DNA from: Azolla caroliniana
Taxonomy: Eukaryota > Plantae > Polypodiophyta
Direction: 5' to 3'
Length of the DNA stretch: 12,128 nt
NCBI GenBank assembly: GCA_043228905.1
Contig: JBHGNT010001095.1
Location: 1 to 12,128 of the forward strand
Shown: positions 8,474-12,128 of the stretch, piece by piece
Numbering within the stretch: position 1 is the first letter of the stretch
How the letters are laid out: each line of letters starts with the position of its first letter
Program-made: the position numbers and the translations under genes
Notes under the pieces: generated by a model
Told to the model about the DNA's origin: nothing
The model's input: only the letters and a program-made list of their open reading frames with translations
The model's database searches: none

Positions 8474-11400
8474 GTCACGTTTTTGTGGAAGTGCTCTTAG
8501 TAATTGTAATTGCATATCTATTGCTTCAGAAAAGTTACCAGCCTGAGAAGCGTCCTTTAACAAAACAGGTAAGTTTGCTGCCAAAACCATCAAGTTTTTG
8601 TCTTAAATAAGGAAGCATGCCATTTTATTGCACGTGTTTGTTTGATATCATTGCCTTTTATAAGGGGAAATAATAAAGCTGAGTTTTAGGAGAAAGTGAT
8701 AGTTACTTGTTAGCATAATGATCTGAAAGCCAAGTATGAGTTTTTTGTTGTGAACATAACATTAAACCTATCTATAAAGAATAAGCTTTACCACTATACT
8801 CTTCTCACATTATTATTTATGATCATAATTTCAAATGGATGCAAGGTAATCTTTTTTGTGTCCTTTAGCACATGATATATTTGAATTTTCTATTCTTTAT
8901 TTGGGGACTCTTTATTTGATCCTCTATTCCATTTTAATTTAGCCTCCATGATAGCCTTATTTGACACCTTGACTTTCTGACTCTTTATATGAACTGATGC
9001 TGTGTATTATTGGGATGTTATGAATTTGGTATAAGATCACCTTGAAACAGAAGATATCATTGGTAGCATATGTTGGGGTAAAAGCCCTAGTTGCCTCTTA
9101 TTCTGTAATTTAAGCTGGCAGCTCACTGCCAACATTGTAATCATGGTGGCAGCTTAATGAGCTTTCTATTCACTTACTTTTTATAATAACAGGGTACTCT
9201 GCCTCTCCAAGGGATCATCTCCTGGTGTGGAGACCCTGTGAAGAGTCAGGGACTTAATTCTAACTTTTTAACTCTCTAAGATGGCAAATTCCCATTTTCT
9301 TATTTTTGGTTTTACACCCTGCTTTGAGGATTTTCCTTCTCTGAGGTGTGTCCTTAGGCTGAATTTTACTTACAGCTGCATGTGTGTCCTCTGTTTTGTT
9401 CTCCTTTATTTCTTAAATCCCTCAGTTTTTGCATATGCTTTATGACTAAATGTTTGTAATGTGTTCAGTTATCAATTGTTATTTGTTTTCTTCTCATTTT
9501 GGGGTTCTCCATCAACTTTATTTAAAAGTAATTAAGATTGGTTAGGTTGGTCTTATGATGATCTTCAATTGCACAGGAAATAGATCAGCTATGTGATGAT
9601 TGGACACCTGAACCTCTTCATCCTCCACTCACAAAAGACATGGAAGATGAATCTCCTATTTTAGAGAGGTATGTCCAAAATATTGTTTGCTATGCTCTTA
9701 GGAATACACTAAGAATTTTCAAATTTTTCTCTTTGTTAAAATTTCTGTTTAGTATAGGAATCGTAGTAGTTCCCATCAGTTCTCTTGTTTAATATCCTTT
9801 GAGATGGCAATTATTCATTAAATTTAAAATGTTCGTTTGCATAGTTTTCGGCAACATGGAAGTTTTGAATCTTGCTACGAGCTAGCATAACAATCAGTTT
9901 CTTTTTTAAGCTAAGCAATTTAATTTTGTGATAAAATTAATTGCATACATAATAAGAGAATTAGAAGTTTCTATGACCATGGTTTTCCACTTCTATAAGT
10001 TGCACTTAGTAGCTTCTTGATTGTCGTATTCTGTTTTTTTCTTTCTTGTTATTTTGGCTCAGTGGAGCAGTACCTCGCACTATCATAAATGGAGAAGAAG
10101 TTATCAATCTCAGTACCGCCAACTACTTAGGATTAATGGGCGACAAAGGAATAGTAGTACGTCTTTTGCTATCCTTTTTCCATATTCTAGTAAGCCCAAG
10201 AATTTGTATTAATTAATGAAATGGTCTCTGGGTTTTTCAAATTCATCCTCTTGGTCAACATGGAAACAAGAAACTAGTGGTATCTTTTTTACTATGCCTT
10301 TTTGGTAGCTTAATAGGCTTGAAGTGCCATTGGAAGCACAGAAACAGGAGGTATGTGCATATATTGTATGGATTTATATGTTCTGGATTGATTCTTTGCA
10401 GGAGGCATGTACAAAAACATTAGAGAAGTATGGAGTTGGAGCTTGTGGACCCCGAGGGATTCTATGGAACTATTGGTATTTTCAACTCCAAAATTGTTCT
10501 CAAATTTGAGTAATGTAAACGTATGATATTTGTGAATTCTGAAAGAAACTTTACTCTTCTAGATGTTCATCTTGATTGTGAGGCCAAGATTTCACAATTC
10601 ATGGGGACACCTGACTCTATATTGTATTCATATGGCTTGGCTACTGCTGCAAGTACTATTCCTGCATTCTGCAAACGAGGTGATCTTATTTTAGCGTGAG
10701 TAGTCTGCAGCTTTCACTTCTTGCATCATGAAGAAAATTTCTATTAAGTATAGACTGGTTTTCTTTTTGGTTTAGGAAAGTGCTGTATTTGCATCGTCAA
10801 TCAATCATTTATTGTTTCAAATGTGTTGTACTACCCTGTCTGGGCCTTACCCAATGACCGTTATAAGGACTTATTTCTCGCAAATTAGGATTGAAACCCC
10901 ATCTCTCTTGACTGTGAAATCAAGAAATTAAAACTGTAGTGGATAAACTAGAAACTACTATTTGGTGCTAGAATCTATCAATTAAACCCTAAAGATCCCA
11001 AAGCTGCTGTGGCATCACCTCATATGTGAGTGTTACAACATGGGCAAGTCCAGCACATGATGAGAATGCAACTTTGAGGCACTTCACATCTCATGCACAT
11101 TGTTCATTTTATCGAAGTGGTGATGTGTAATGGATATCCTTGTAATGGTTAACTCCATGTTTAATTGTAAATTGTACCAATGTGTCATTTTCCAATTTGT
11201 ACTGTTACTAGTCAGCAGTCCAATGATTGTATTTTTTGTGTATGGATCATGTACAGAAGGAAAGGTGGATGCAAATAAAAACTGTGTTATATCAACAATA
11301 ACCATCAAACAACGAACAAATGATATTACTCAATTTATGTATGTCCATTGTTTCTTCTGGGAATGAGTAGCTATTATTGTAAGACATCTATGTTGACATG

Positions 11401-12128
11401 ATTACTGTTCGTGAATCATACACTTATTCCTTTCCTATGTCAGAATTTGGTTAATTTTCCAACACACCCTACTTGGAGCATAGCCTGTCTTAACTGCATT
11501 TTGATACAAAAATTGCATTGTTAGTCAAAAGTCTCATGATGAAAATTTCAGGCTTGAGGGCCATCCACATACAAGACGTCATCATTTTTTTCAGGGATGA
11601 AGGTGTTAATTGGAGTATTCAGAATGGTCTATATTTGTCTCGAAGCACTGTGAAGCTATTCAAGCACAACGATATGTCATCTTTGGAATCTCTACTCGAA
11701 GATAATCACAAAGAAGATCAACGTAAACGGAAGGCGTTGAATCGTCGTTTTATTGTTGTGGAAGCAATATATCAGGTAATGAGTTTTATCAATTTAACTG
11801 TTAGATTCTCAGTTCTGACCCCATCTCTGTTATGACACAGAATTCAGGGAAAATGGCTCCATTGCTGGAGCTCATCCATCTCAAGGAAAAATATCGTTTT
11901 AGGCTTCTTGTTGATGAAAGCAACTCAATTGGTGTTCTTGGAAATACAGGCCGTGGACTAACAGAACACTATCAAGTTTCGGTGAGTTCAACTTCTTAAC
12001 TTGATTGATTCCTACTTTTAGGAGTTGTCACCAATGAATTTGAATGATTGCCACAGGTAGCCAAAGTAGACATTATAACGGCTGCTATGGGCCATGCCTT
12101 GGCATCTGTTGGTGGTTTTTGCACTGGC
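8474..12128 (+). CDS. LCB1: Serine palmitoyltransferase subunit 1 (long chain base biosynthesis protein 1); first coding exon not seen, runs off the 3' end of the window; one +1 frameshift
   Basis: Exons 8474-8568, 9577-9668, 10063-10156, 10402-10475, 10563-10695, 11595-11775, 11841-11981 and 12057->12128. Translation: [32 protein letters not shown]|[14 protein letters not shown]...|...[12 protein letters not shown]...|[19 protein letters not shown][+1]FYGTI|[25 protein letters not shown]...|[27 protein letters not shown]...VEAIYQ|[36 protein letters not shown]|..[26 protein letters not shown] lacks the PLP-binding lysine of the LCB2 GTFTKS motif, which identifies LCB1. Confidence 0.95.

Noticed and set aside
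8364-8546. ORF containing SNLVKN, superficially like an LCB1 N-terminus
   Set aside because: It has a non-ATG start and is out of frame with the LCB1 exon at 8474; chance resemblance.
11084-11366. Overlapping ORFs 11084-11308 (-) and 11130-11366 (+)
   Set aside because: They lie within an LCB1 intron, are AT-rich and carry no motif.

Overview
AT-rich land-plant nuclear DNA (GT-AG introns; the lineage cannot be fixed from the sequence). Three co-oriented + strand intron-containing coding blocks follow each other. (1) The N-terminal multi-pass membrane part of a plant RING-H2 E3 ligase (At1g63170/At4g11680-like; 3 exons, 800-2655). Its RING exons are absent, and a decayed LINE, a (CA)25 tract and other insertions follow. 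(2) A PDIL1-type protein disulfide isomerase (8 exons, 5569-7768) with signal peptide and a-b-b' domains but no a' active site or KDEL exons. (3) Serine palmitoyltransferase subunit LCB1 (8 exons, 8474 to the window end) with no visible first coding exon. The last PDI exon (phase-1 donor) joins the first LCB1 exon (phase-1 acceptor) in frame. This predicts a topologically coherent chimera: signal peptide, luminal PDI a-b-b', LCB1 TM1, cytosolic LCB1 domain. Four +1 single-base frameshifts and no other in-frame stops interrupt the PDI-LCB1 frame. They may be long-read consensus errors or recent pseudogenisation. All homology calls come from manual translation and recalled family motifs, not database searches.
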